Origin: the human T2T-CHM13v2.0 reference genome, Homo sapiens
Assembly (NCBI RefSeq): GCF_009914755.1
Contig: NC_060929.1
DNA: 64,000 bases
Reading direction: 5' to 3' (one strand)
Shown in pieces: positions 10,429 to 24,200 of the stretch. Under the pieces are notes generated by a model that worked only from the letters and a program-made list of their open reading frames with translations, ran no database searches and was not told the origin of the DNA. The translations under genes and the position numbers were made by a program. Within the stretch, counting starts at the first letter, position 1. The number at the start of each line of letters is the position of its first letter.

Positions 10429-12927
10429 TAGGGGTTGGAATCTTTTTTGGTAAAGTTTAGGCTTTGTGAGCCAAAAGGCAAAATTGAGGCTTTTATATAT
10501 TTAATGAGAATGAAAAATTTTCACATATATTTTATTGATAAAATTCAAAATATATTAATACTTGAATTTTTTGTGTGATACAGGGCTACTAATGATAAGA
10601 ATCGAGTGATTTTGAGGGGATATCTCACTAAATTGGGGTTCAAAATTAATTGCAAGCATTCATTTGTTAATGCTGGCCTGTAATGTGATTTTTTGTATTT
10701 CATCTTTGAAAACATCTTCTCACTCAAATAGATACATCCATGTACTGTTATCAGTTGTGATTGTGTAATTTTAATTGATCATATTCATCATTTGGAAGGT
10801 ATTTATAGAATTCTATTAGATTCTGCTATTGCCATTTGCCTTTTAGCTGTCATTACATTGCATATTAATCACTTCCTGTTGAAGGTTAGGTGGATGCTCA
10901 ATTGTATATTTAAGTGAATAATTAAATAGAAAAATTTCCTTTGCAGTTGCCTTAAGGTTCAGTAATGCAGCTTGAACTATAGTAGAACTTGGAAAATACG
11001 TTCACTGCAAGTTTGTGCGGGAATGGAGATCTTGTTTCTTATCTTGACAGCATGGGAAATATATAAAGCCAGCTTGATATTACTTGTGATTTAAACAACA
11101 TTTGTTGCCATCAAAATGACCTTGTCACAGTATGTTTCACATGTAAGTGCTGTTTTGCCTCATAATTGTAGGTTGAATTTATTAGAAAGCATTATTAAGT
11201 TTGCAGCAAAAGCTAATTTCCAAAGCTATTCAGTGTTTGAAAATAGTTTGAGGGTGATTCTCCTCATCCATAACGAATTCAGTCTTGGTTCTGAGCTCAA
11301 AAAATTACAATAAAACTACCGTTCCAACCTGGGCAACATGGCAAAACCCCGTTTCTACAAAAAATTAGCGAGACATGGTGGCATGCATCCATAGTCCCAG
11401 CTACCCAGGAGGCTGAGGTGGGAGGATGTCCTGAGCCCAGGAGTCGAGGCTGCAGCAAGCCATGATTATGCTGCTGCACTCCAGCCTGGGCAACAGAGTG
11501 AGATCCTGTGTCTAACAAACAAAGCCAAAAACCTTTACTGCTGCCATCAAACCGCTATGTAATTGGGCAAGTCAGAATACTCAACTTCTATTTCTAACAA
11601 AACTAAATGGAACCAATGATGATTAAGATCACAAGTGAATAAAATTTACCATTGACTTTACTAGTTGGATGACAATTCAAATATTTCCCACAAATACCTG
11701 CTGATGAATAATGCACCATATAACCATTGAGCAATTTATTCAGCTATGCGGGTTTTTTTTCTTTTTTTTTTTTTTTTTTTTGGCCACTTCACACATTTTT
11801 ACCACCATGAATTGCCACACATCTTAGCAGATTCTACTTCAGGTTGTACTAAATTGGTGTTTTCTCGACTTCTTTGAAATATTCTTTCCTGTAGTTATTG
11901 TATGCAGACTATTCATAAAGGCTAGTTCTTGAGTCACTTCAAACTCAGCATTGACTTCTCAAGTATACAACGGGGCAGTATTGGTAACATTTGTTGACTC
12001 ACCAAAAGCCAAGCAAAGCTACTTGAAATCATTTGCCTTGTTTTTTAATTAACTGTTGGTGTTGCCACAGTGTCCTCATGTCTCCAAGCAAGTATTCTTG
12101 CTGAAAAGCTAGTAGTCATAAAGAAGTTTTTGTTTGGGCCCACTTTCTGGTTGCTACAATCAAACACAATTAAATTAACTCTAACTCACCATCAGTATAT
12201 AGCTGTCTTTGCTTGGCTAACAAATGAGCCACTCAGAAAGTTACTTTGGTTACACCCTTATTCTAATTTTTTAAATTAGTAGATTATGCTGTGATAAGAT
12301 ACTACATTTTAAGTTTTCTAATTGTTCTGTTGATTTCCTGTGGGTTGGGAATATTGTGATGAGTGCTTAGTCTGGAAATATATTTTTGAGCACAGTGAAA
12401 GTGTCATTGCATAATAAACACAATGCTTTGCCATATAGTTCTACTACAATTCACACTCCACTGTGCCTTAAAAGTGCAACACTCAAAGTCCACTTTTTAA
12501 AACTTTTTTTGACATGATGTATATGCACTGGTAATAAAAAATAATAAAATGTCCGTATGACAATATGTATGACACTTGAAATGCTGTTGAGTTTTATAGC
12601 CATCACTGAGATTTGTAGCATGTTGAATAGCAGTGCAAAACAATGAAAGCACCACATATGGTTACTGTCACAATTATTCACCTCTGCCTTTGTAGCATGA
12701 AAGCAGCCATAGTCAATGTGTAAATGAATGAACATGGCTGTGTTCCAATAAAATTTTATTTATGGACACTAAAATTTGAATTTCATATAATTTTTATGTG
12801 TCATAAAATTCCCTCTTAATTTTTTTCAACCATTTAGAAATGTTAAGTGTCATTCTTAGTTTGTGAGCTGAGCAAAAATAGGAGGTGGGCTGAACTTGGC
12901 CTGCAGACCATAGTTTGCCAACATTTG
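10429..12927 (-). mobile_element. Near-full-length Cheshire (MER58-family, hAT-Charlie) DNA transposon with decayed transposase
   Basis: TIR-like ends taggggttggaatc and gtttgccaacatttg, with a MER58B-like terminal segment at 12660-12927. Minus-strand transposase remnants: KVDFECCTFKAQW, GKALCLLCNDT, GESTNVTNTA, IHGGKNV, CIIHQQ, SEKMFSKMKY..SHYRPALTNECL. Confidence 0.85.
11326..11530 (+). mobile_element. 5'-truncated AluJ inserted in the Cheshire element
   Basis: cctgggcaacatggcaaaaccccgtttctac..., then the right arm ending gcaacagagtgagatcctgtgtc and an A-rich tail. Confidence 0.85.
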
Positions 12928-13620
12928 TTCTGTGCCACACTGGAAAGATTTGAATGTTTGAATTAAATTAGTTTTTACCTAATTGCATGAAACTGCTTAC
13001 CAAAAGATGACCTTTCCTCCTTTTATGAAAGAAAATTTCATTTTGAAGTAGCACCAAGAATTAAAATATTATGGAAAATGCAACCACAGTACATATGGGA
13101 GTTAGAAATCAAATGAGGTCTAAGTCTGGCTCACGTATGAACTTAGATATTGAAGCAGTGTGCAGCTTTAGAAAGAGCATGAATGTCAGAATTAGACAAA
13201 TTTAATTTCAGTCTAAACTTCTTGTGAGAACTGTGGCAAGTTAACTCACTTACCCTGTTTCTTCACCTTAAACTGGAGATAATGCCTACTTTGAAGTGTG
13301 ATTCTGAGGATTAGTGGATGATCTTTATAATAGCTCTCAATGCATTTACCATTACTTTCATTAAAAGTACAATTTTTAAACTGAGCAACACCTTGATTTC
13401 TCATACAGTGTGTACACTTCTCTTTAAGACGAGAATAAGGTCTGGTGTTTATTAGACTTTGTCTTCCTAGATTGACACCATTATTTCTATGTGTTTAAAA
13501 ATATTGGGCCCTAATTCTATCACATTGTACAGTTACCATTCTGCCTCACTTAGTGACATCAACAAATTCGAAATCTTTAATTTATTGATAAAAATGACAA
13601 CAGGAGAGGACCAGGCAAAA

Positions 13621-13706
13621 TCCTGTCTGAAGCAGCTGCAGTCCATGTTAAGGTCAATATCAGTCCTGTCTGAAGCAGCTGTAGTCCATGTTAAGGTCAG
13701 TATTCA
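13621..13706. repeat. 43-bp tandem duplication (2 copies)
   Basis: tcctgtctgaagcagctg(c/t)agtccatgttaaggtca(a/g)tat occurs at 13621 and again at 13664. Confidence 0.9.
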
Positions 13707-14385
13707 TTGAACCAATAACATGTCTAAATGTTCTCTGTAATGTATGAGTCCTTCAACACCACTTAATTACTATTAGCTATTTATCAGAAGCTTTGCTGAA
13801 ATCCAGGTAAACCATTTGGTCTGTTTCCATGCCCACTCATTCTCATTATGCCATCAAAAAAGGAATTGGATTGAGTTTGACATGAGTTTTGGATTTTATT
13901 TCCTTCTTGCCTTTTTCCCCACTTAACTTTTCAGGCTAAAGATTATTCTTGATTTTAAAAAGCTGAGCCTTACATTCTCTTCCTCATCCCTCAGCCTTTC
14001 CTTTACATATGGCTCCACATACAGATTATAGAGCTCTTTTTTTGTTGGCTTTAGCATTAAAAAGAATCTCGAGCTAATATGAAACCTTAAAGATGTTACC
14101 TTTTTTTTTTACGTTTATTTCCTATACCCTTTTAAAAGCTGAGCTTGTTAGGAGACTCTTTTCTCAAACGTTTTTGCTTTTTAGGATCACTTTTCATTGC
14201 AGAAATGAAATCAGAGTCTTGAGTTCTTTTCACAAGGTATCATAGACCTTAAGATGAGATGCTCACATTCTCTCAAGGTGCCTGACCCTTCTGCTTTATC
14301 AACAAATTCCTCTTGCTGGTCATTTTTGTGGTACAGAATAGTAGCTTCAATTTTTGCTTTCTCTATTTCCTGGAAGATTAGATTT
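13700..14385 (-). mobile_element. Ancient CR1/L3 LINE fragments
   Basis: gctttgctgaaatccaggta (antisense of the RT YLDFSKA motif) and catcaaaaaaggaattggattgagtttgacatgag. An L3 endonuclease-like stretch lies near 14270-14380. Confidence 0.55.
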
Positions 14386-14680
14386 TAGGCATATAAAGAA
14401 TTTACAGAATTTCTGGGTTTAAAGTTTTTTTGTTTTTGTTTTTAGTTATTACAAGTACATGATAGGTATCTATATGGGGCACATGTGATGTTTTGATACA
14501 GGCATACAATGTGTAATAATGACATCAGGGTAATTAAGTTATCCAGCACTTCAAGCATTTGTCATTTGTGTCAGGAACATTCCAATTTCATTCTTAGTTG
14601 TTTTAAAATATGTAATAAATTATTGTTGACTATAGCCACATTGTGCTACCAAATACTAGATCTTATTCATTAGATCTAAC

Positions 14681-15052
14681 TGTATATATGTGTGTGTGTA
14701 TATATATGTGTATACATACACATATGTGTATATACGTGTATACATACACATATGTGTATATACACGTGTATATATGTGTATATATACACGTGTATATACG
14801 TGTATATATACACGTGTATATATGTGTATGTGTGTATACACGTGTGTATATGTATATATACACATGTGTGTATATGTGTATATATACACGTGTGTGTATA
14901 TGTGTGTATATATACACGTGTGTATGTGTGTATATATACACGTGTGTGTATATGTGTGTATATATACACGTGTGTATGTGTGTATATATACACGTGTGTA
15001 TATGTGTGTATATATACACGTGTGTGTATATGTGTGTATATATACACATACA
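14681..15052. repeat. ~370 bp alternating purine-pyrimidine compound microsatellite (TA/TG/CA/CG)
   Basis: Units such as tatatacacgtgtgtatatgtgtg. It is the source of the Y/I/H/T/V/C-rich pseudo-ORFs in all six frames. Confidence 0.95.
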
Positions 15053-15055
15053 TTA

Positions 15056-15304
15056 ATTTGAGACAGAGTCTAGCTCTGTCTCCCAGGCTGGAGTGCAGTG
15101 GCACGATCTCAGCTAACCTCTGGTTTAACTGAGTAGCTGAGACTACAGGTGTGCACCACCATACCTGGCTAATTTTTGTATTTTTCGTAGAGATGGGGTT
15201 TCACCATATTGGCCAGGCTGGTCTCGAACTCCTGATCTTAAGTGATCCGCCTGCCTTAGCCTCCCAAAGTGCTGAGATTACAGGTGTGAGCCGCCATACC
15301 CAGC
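15056..15304 (-). mobile_element. AluS with internal deletion in the right arm
   Basis: gagacagagtctagctctgtctcccaggctggagtgcagtggcacgatctcagct jumps to gagtagctgagactacagg. The left arm is complete. Confidence 0.9.
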
Positions 15305-17306
15305 TCTATCTAACTATATTTTGTGCCCATAATACCATCCCCAGTTTATCCCACACCACCCCCCTCCCCGCTACCCTTCAAAGCCTCATAACCATCCTTC
15401 AACTCTTTATCTCCATGAGATACATTGTATTGATTTTTAGCTCCCACAAAAGAGAACATCAGAAACCCTAGCTGAAGTAAAATAAGAATTAGAAATTTCC
15501 AGACAATTGGGGGCCTCTATCACTACTCAATTTTATGTTTAGTATTTTATGCTCCTCTTGAACACCTTGTGTCAGGCAGTGACTTGTGTGCTTAAATACT
15601 GATTTTCTTTAACTGGCCTGGCCTTTTGTAATGTACTTTCATAATGGTATCTTAATTTCCCCTCTCTTTGCTCAAATATTTTCCACAGTGCATTTACCTT
15701 GGGTGTACTAAATTTCATTGCAAGTATACATCCTCTCAGTATACTCCTCTGCCCCTTCCTTCTCATAAGTGTGTATTCCAGTCAGAAACCTCATCATACC
15801 ATGTCAACGATTTCTATGTCTTACTTACACTACCCTGATTTGTTTGTAAGTCTTCTTGATCATAGTCTTGTATGTGCATTAGTGTGAAGACTTCTTGGTA
15901 TTGTTTTCAAACTTCCTGCTCAGTTTTCTGGAGTGAATCATTTGGTCATCTCTAACCAGATGGTAGATGGTATATATAACAATCCCTTTCATGATTTTTA
16001 TCTTCTATTTTCACCTTCATCCTCATTGCAAAAAAATCATTTAAACATGTCAATTATTCTTATACCATTACATTCTAGCCATCTTAAATTAAGTCTTGGA
16101 AATGAAAATCTCATTTTAAATGTCATATAGGTAGAAAATCAATCATGTCTTCCTTGTACAGTATTTTGTCCTGAATCCTTTATTGACTTTGTCAGGTGCC
16201 CTAAATGTCCTGTATTTATTAGGCTTTTTTTTTTTGATAAATTGCAAGAATATTGGCAATTAGAGCTATTTTTACTCCACAGTAATGTGGAATGCTTAAA
16301 TTACTTATGTGGTAACAGCAGCTGAAAATTATTCCTCCACAAATAAACATCTGAACAATCCCTTATCTCTCCTACAGGTTTCAATGAATACCAAAAGTGG
16401 GGAGTAAGACTTGAAAGTACTTACATTTCATATTCAAGAAAGAAAAAGGCTATTTGAATTTTAGCCAAAGCCTGAAGTTGTGAACAAGTAACCACTGTTA
16501 ATTTAAGATAACTTTAATAAATATACAAAAAAAATCAATCAATGACATCATCCATTGGCCATGCTTCTGAAAATAAGCTAGTCAACAACAGCTTCATTCT
16601 AGTCTTCTGAAAGTAAGCAAGTTAATGACAGCCCCATGCTTCTAGACAACAGCTGATCAGCAAGTGCCTTGCTCCAATAACCAGGCTTTAGAAAGTCTGT
16701 TGGTCAACAGCAGCTTTTTCCAGTGAAATACCACACCCAGGAATATAATCAGCCTTTTTGACTTCTTTTAACCCTGCTGCACCTTTCTAAATAGTCAATT
16801 TATTACACTTTTTTCTGCTACGTTATTACTGTTACCCTCTCTTTCCTTCTGTTACACTAAGATTCCAGGAAAAATGTTTCAAAAATGGGTTCTTCTTTTT
16901 AAAAATGCTTGAAAAGCATTGCCCTAAATAATGTGAAATATTAAACTTAGTATGGAGTGCTTAGGAAATCAGAAAACTATACACTCTGTATTCTGTATAC
17001 TATGTCCTAAAGATATAGAGAGATCTCCATCCAAATGTATTAAACAAGCTCTGGTACCTGGACTGGTAAGCTTTAATGCTCAAGACTATCCTTCTGCTGA
17101 GTCTTTATTCTGCAAGAGGACCAGTTTGGCAGAGTAGATTATGTCTCTTTTATTCACGTTAAAAATAAAAATGGAGAAGAATGGAAAAAGGCAAAGCAAG
17201 ATGGCAGAAGAGGACTTTTTAGTGATCTTTCCCCTTGCAGAAACATCAATTTGAACAACTATCCATGCACAAAAATACCTTCACAGGAGCTAAGTGAGTC
17301 AGGTGA

Positions 17307-17731
<425 letters not shown>

Positions 17732-18966
17732 TGAAAAGATAGCATGAAATTGCAGGAAAGAGAAGTGAGCCTAGGACTTTGTCTTCAAACCTAAAATTAG
17801 GTAGCACCAGGCAGACCTCCCACAACCCCTGACTTTAGGGGAGTACCTGCAGACCGAACCTCCAGACGTGCCCTGGCATCAGCAGGAACGCATAGCTTCT
17901 ATTAGGTGAGATCAGTCTGCTGTATGCATCACTGACAGCTTACTACAGTGGCCTTGGGCTCTGGACAACCCCCATTGGAAGGCAGACTTCAGCAGCTGTG
18001 AGTTTCAGGCACATCCCAGCTCCATGATATCCTCAGCAGACATGAGATTCCAGCCTGGCATCATATGGCTGCAGTGATCCCAGGATTAGGGCATCCCTCA
18101 GTGTCTCAATGGTACTTCAGTGGTACCAGGTTTAGAGAGCATGCCAGATGATATACCTAGAATCTCTGCTCAGACACCAATGAACAACAAAGATCAAGAA
18201 TAATCAGGGAAACATGATATTACCAATGGACAAAATAAAGTGCCAGTGACCAACCCTAAGGAAATGGAGATGAATGAATGTGCTTCCTGACAAAGAATTG
18301 AAAGTAACCATTTTCAGCGAACTTCAAGAAAATACAGAGAAACAATTCAATAAAAAGAAGACCATAAGTGATCAGAACAAGAAATTTAACAGAGAGAATG
18401 AAATGATAATAAAAATCAAATAGAAATCCTGGAACTGAAAAATATAATGAACAAAATGAAAAATGTCACAGAGAATATAAACAGCAGAATTGATCAAGCA
18501 AAGAAATAATCTGTGAACTCAAAGGCAGGTTATTTGAAAATAAACAGAAGGAAAAAAGGAAAAAGAATGAAAAGAAATGAGGAAAACTTACGGAATTTGT
18601 GAGAAAGTATCAAAGGATAAAATATTTGAGTCCATAGGAGTTAGAGAAGCAGAAGAGAAAAATAAAGGGACAAAAAGTGTATTTAAAGAAATGATAGCCA
18701 AAAAACTTTCCAAACCTGGAGAAAGGTATAAATATCTAATTACAGGAAGGTTAAAGGTCTTCAATCAGATTCAGTCCAAATAGGACTACTTCAAGACATA
18801 TTATTATCAAAATGTCAAACATCAAAGATAGAGAGGATCCTGAAAGCAGCAAGAGAAAAGAAGCAAATAACATATAAAGGAATTCCAATACACATAGCAG
18901 CAGACTTCTCACTAGAATCTTATAGGCCAGGAGACTGGGATGATATACTCAAAGTGGTGAAGGGGA

Positions 18967-18997
<31 letters not shown>

Positions 18998-19042
18998 CAA
19001 TTAGAGTATGGTACCCAGATAATCTGTTCTTTATAAATGAAG

Positions 19043-19426
<384 letters not shown>

Positions 19427-21220
19427 TTACAAGAAATGCTAAAGACAGTTCTTCAAGCTGAAAGAAAAGGATGCTAATGAGTAACATGAAAACATCTGAG
19501 AGTATAAAACTCACTAGTAAAAGCAGGGACACAATCATATTTGGAATATTATTATACTGTAATCATGGTAAAAAAAGATCACTTGTACCTTTAGTGTGAA
19601 GATTAAAAGACAAACTATTAAAAATAAATATGATAATTTGTTAAGGGATGTTGAACACAAGAAAGATGTAAATTATGATAAAACTCAGAGTCAGGGGTAG
19701 TGGAGTAAAAGTAAAGTTTTTTTTTAATTGAAGTTAATTTGTTATCACCTTAAAATATCTTGTTTTGATTATAAGATTTTTTTTGGTAAGCCTCATTGTG
19801 ACCACAAAGTGAAAACCTATAGTAGATGTGCGCAAAAAACAAGGAATGAAAACATACTACTAGAGAAAAACACTTAATCATAAAGGAAGACAGTAAAAGA
19901 GAATGAAAGGAACAAAGAATCTACAGAACAACTAGAAAACAATAAGTGAAAGGGCAGTGGTTAAGTCCTCATCTATCAATAATTACCTTGAATGTAAATA
20001 TGTTAAATTATCCAATCAGAAGACACAGAATGGCTAAATGGATTTTTAAAAAGAAGAGACCTAAGTATATGCTGCCAATGAGAGACTCACCTCAGCTGTA
20101 AGGACACACATAGACTGAAAGAAGGGATGAAAAAAGATATTACATGCACATGGAAATCAAAAGTATTAGATGTGTATTACATGAGTATTAGACAAAATAG
20201 GCTTTAAGTAAAAAACTGTAAAATAAGATGAAAAAGGCCATTATATAATGATAAAGGGCTTAATGCTGCAGGAGGATATGATATGACAATTATAAATATA
20301 TATGCACCCAACATTAGAGCACCTAAATATACAACACATGTATTAACAGATTTAAAGGGAGAAATAGACAATAATAGTATGTACAGTAGCAGTATAGGAC
20401 ATTAACACCCCACTTTCAGCAATGGAAAAATCATCCAGACAGAAAATTAGCATTGAGACATTGGACTCAAACTCTGCTTTAGACCAAATAGACCTAACAG
20501 ATGTATACAGAGCATTTCATTCAAGAGTTGCAGAATTTACATTCTTCTAAAGTGCACATGGAACATTATCTAGGCTAGATCATGCGTTAGGTCACAAAAC
20601 AAGTCTTAACAAATTTAAGAAGATTGAAATCATATCAAGTATCTTTTCTGACCACAGTGATACAAAACTAAAAATAACAGGAAGAACTCTGAAAAATTCA
20701 CAAACACATGAAAATTGAACATCTTGAACAACCAATGGGTCAACGAAGAAATTACAAGTAAAATTAAAAAATGTATTCAGGCGAATGAAAATGGAAACAC
20801 AGCATACTAAAACTTCTGGGATGCAGCAAAAGCACTTCTAAGATGGAAGTTTATAGCAATAAACACCTACATCAAAAAAGAAGATCTCAAGTAAACAACC
20901 TAATATTTTACTTCGAGGTCTTGAAAAAAGAATAAACTAAGCCCAAAATTAGTAGACGGAAGGAAATAATAAACATCAGAGCAGAAATAAATAAAATAGA
21001 GACTAGAAAAACAATAGAAAGGATGAAAAAACAAAGTGTTGGTTTTTTTTTTTGAAAAAAGATGAAATTAATAAACCTGCCAGTTGGACTAAGAAAAAAA
21101 GAAGACTCAAATCAGAGAGGAAAAAGGAGACATTAAAACTGATAACACAGAAATATAAAGGATTATAAGGCTATTATGGACAATTATACCCCCAACAAAC
21201 TGGATAATCAAGAAGAAATG

Positions 21221-24200
21221 CTAGCATGAGTACATTCCATCCCCCGGCTCCCGGCCACCCCAGCCCCGCCAAGTCTCCATTGCAGTTAAAGCCTTGGCAG
21301 GCACAGAGCCTGCCAGCCGCACCCCCGCCCCCACCAGCACCCCACCCCTGTGACAACACTGCCATGGGAGTGAAACTAGGCACAGAGAAGAGTGGGCCTT
21401 TCCCCACCCTGAGCAGCCATCTCCACCTGGGTGAATGCTCATGGAGGGTGCGCCCAGTCCTATGCCCACCAGCACCCTGCCCCCTGTGCTAACCACACCA
21501 CCAGCACCACTGTGCACATAGTTGCCAGAGGTACCCTCAGCCATGCTGCCTCCATTGCTACTGTGAATGCCTTCTCAGAGGCCAGCACCCAGCACCCGCC
21601 AGTACCCTGCCACAGCGGAGAAGAAGTCCACCCTGCTCTGCTGCTGCTGCTGCCACTGCTGCTGGCACATGCAAATGAGAACAGATCCTGCTGCTGCCAC
21701 CATACAAAAAGCTTTGAGTGGCACCATCCATCAGAGTGCTGTGACACAGTGGTCCCGGAGCACTGCGGCACTGCCAGTGCAGTGATTTCCTAATCCCAAG
21801 AAGCCAGAGAACAAATTCTCGGGACTGATAACAGTTCCCCAGAGTTAGAGCATGCAGTCCAGGAGTTGTGAGCTGAGCCATGGCTCCTTTAAATCTTCCA
21901 TAAATGAAACCAGCTGACTGAAACCATCTTACACCACAATCAAATTCTCTAGTTCATCAAATAGGATAAAAGGACAGCGACTTTAAAGACTGAAGGAGCA
22001 TCAGCCCAGGAAGATGAGAAAGAACCAGCTCAAGCATTCTGACAACTTAAAAAACCAGAGTGCTATCTTTCCTCCTAACAACCACACTAGGTCTCCAGCA
22101 AAGATTCAGAACTGAACTGAGATGGCTGAAATGACAGAAATAGAATTCAAAATAAGGATACAAATAAAGATCACTGAGATGCAGCAGCATGTTGAAACCC
22201 AATCCAAGGAAGCTAAGAATCACAATAAAATGATACAGGAGCTGATAGACAAAATAGCCAGTATAGAAAAGAATGTAATTGACTTGTTAGAGCTGAAAAA
22301 CACACTACAAGAATTTTATAATGCAATTACAAGTATTAGTGGCAGAATAGACTAAAATAAAGAAAGAATATCAGAGCTTGAAGATTGGCTCTCTGAAATA
22401 AGACAGACAATAACAGAGAAAAAGAATTAAAAGAAATGAACATTACCTTCAAGAAATATGGGATTATGTAAAGAGATCAAATCTATAACTCACTGGTGTG
22501 CCTGAAAGAAATGGGGAGAATGGAAGCAACTTGAAAAATGTATTTCAGGAAATCAGCCATGAGGACTTCCCCAAACTAGCTAGAGAGGCCAAACTTCAAA
22601 TTCAGGAAATGCAGAGAAGCCTAGTAAGATAAGTCACAAGAAGATCATACTCAAGACATGTAATCATCAAATTCTCCAATGTCAGAATGAAAGAAAAAAT
22701 GTTACAGGCAGCTAGAGAGAAAGGTCAGGTCACCTAGAAAAGGAAGCCCATCAGACTAACAGCAGACCTCTCAGCAGCAACCCTACAACCCAAAAGAGAT
22801 TGGGGGCCAATATTCAACATTGTTAAAGAAAAGAAATTCCAGCCAAGAATTTTATATCGGCCAAACTAAACTTTGTAAGCAAAGGAGAAATAAGATTCTT
22901 TTCAGACAAGCAAATGCTGAGGGAATTTATTACCACCAGACCTGCCTTACAAGAGCTCCTAAAGGAAGCAATAAATATGGAAAGGAAAAACTGTTATCAA
23001 CCAGTACAAAAACACACTTAAGTACACAGACCAGTGACACAATAAAGCAATCACAAACAAACCAGCATAATAACCAGCTAACAATACATGACAGGGTCAA
23101 AGCTACACATATCAATACTAACCTTGAATGTAAATGGGCTAAATGCCCCAATTAAAAGACACAGAGAGGCAAGCTGGATAAAAAAAGCAATACCCAATGA
23201 TATGCTGTCTTCAACAGACCCATCTCACACATAATGACAGCCATAGGTTCAAAATAAAGGGATGGAGGAAAATCTACCAAGCAAACGGAAATCAGAAAAA
23301 AGCAGGGGTTGCAATCCTAGTTTCTGACAAAAGAGACTTTAAACCAGCAAAGATAAAAAAAAGACAAAGAAGGGCATTACGTAATGGCAAAATGTTCAAT
23401 TCATCAAGAAGAGCTAACTATCCTAAATATATATTCACTCAACACAGGAGCACCCAGATTCATAAAGCAAGTTCTTAGGGACCTACAGAGACCTAGCCTT
23501 CCACACAATAAATCATTGAAGACTTCAACACCCCACCAAAAGTAACAGACAAATCATTGAGGCAGAAAATTAACAAAGATCTTCAGGACCTGAACTCAGC
23601 ACTGGATCAAATGGATGTGATAAATGAGTTCTACAGAACTCTCCACCCCAAAACAGCAGAATATACATTCTTCTCATCACCACATGGCACATATTCTAAA
23701 ACTGACCACACAGTCAGACACAAAACACTCTACAGCGAGTGCATAATAACTGAAATAATGAAAAACACTCTTTTGGACCACAGCACAATAAAATTAGAGT
23801 TCAAGACTAAGAGAATTACTCAAAAGCATACAATTACATGAAAATTAAATAACCTGCTCCTGAATGACTTTTAGGTAAATACTGAAATTAAGGCAGAAAT
23901 CTAAAAGTTCTTTGAAACTAATGAGAATGAATATACAACATACCAGAATCTCTGGAACACAGCTAAGGCAGTGTTAAGCAGGAAATTTATAGCATTAAAG
24001 GCCCCCCAAAAAAGTTAGAAAGATCTTATATGAACAACCTAACATCACTTAAAAAAACTAGAGAAGCAAGAGAAAACCAATCCCAAACTAGTAGAAAACA
24101 AGGAATAACCAAAATCAGAGTTGAACTGAAGAAGATTGAGACATGAAAAAACATTCATAAGATAAACAAATCTAGGAGTCTGTTTTTTGAAAAAATTAAC

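Larger units (their letters stand above)
14430..15450 (-). mobile_element. L1MA 3'-end fragment interrupted by an Alu and a purine-pyrimidine repeat
   Basis: atatggggcacatgtgatgttttgatacaggcatacaatgtg...aatactagatcttattcat, resuming as ctatctaactatattttgtgcccat after the Alu. Confidence 0.8.

Noticed and set aside
14643-15132. Six overlapping 77-146 aa ORFs rich in Y/I/H/T/V/C
   Set aside because: Artefact of a stop-free alternating purine-pyrimidine microsatellite.
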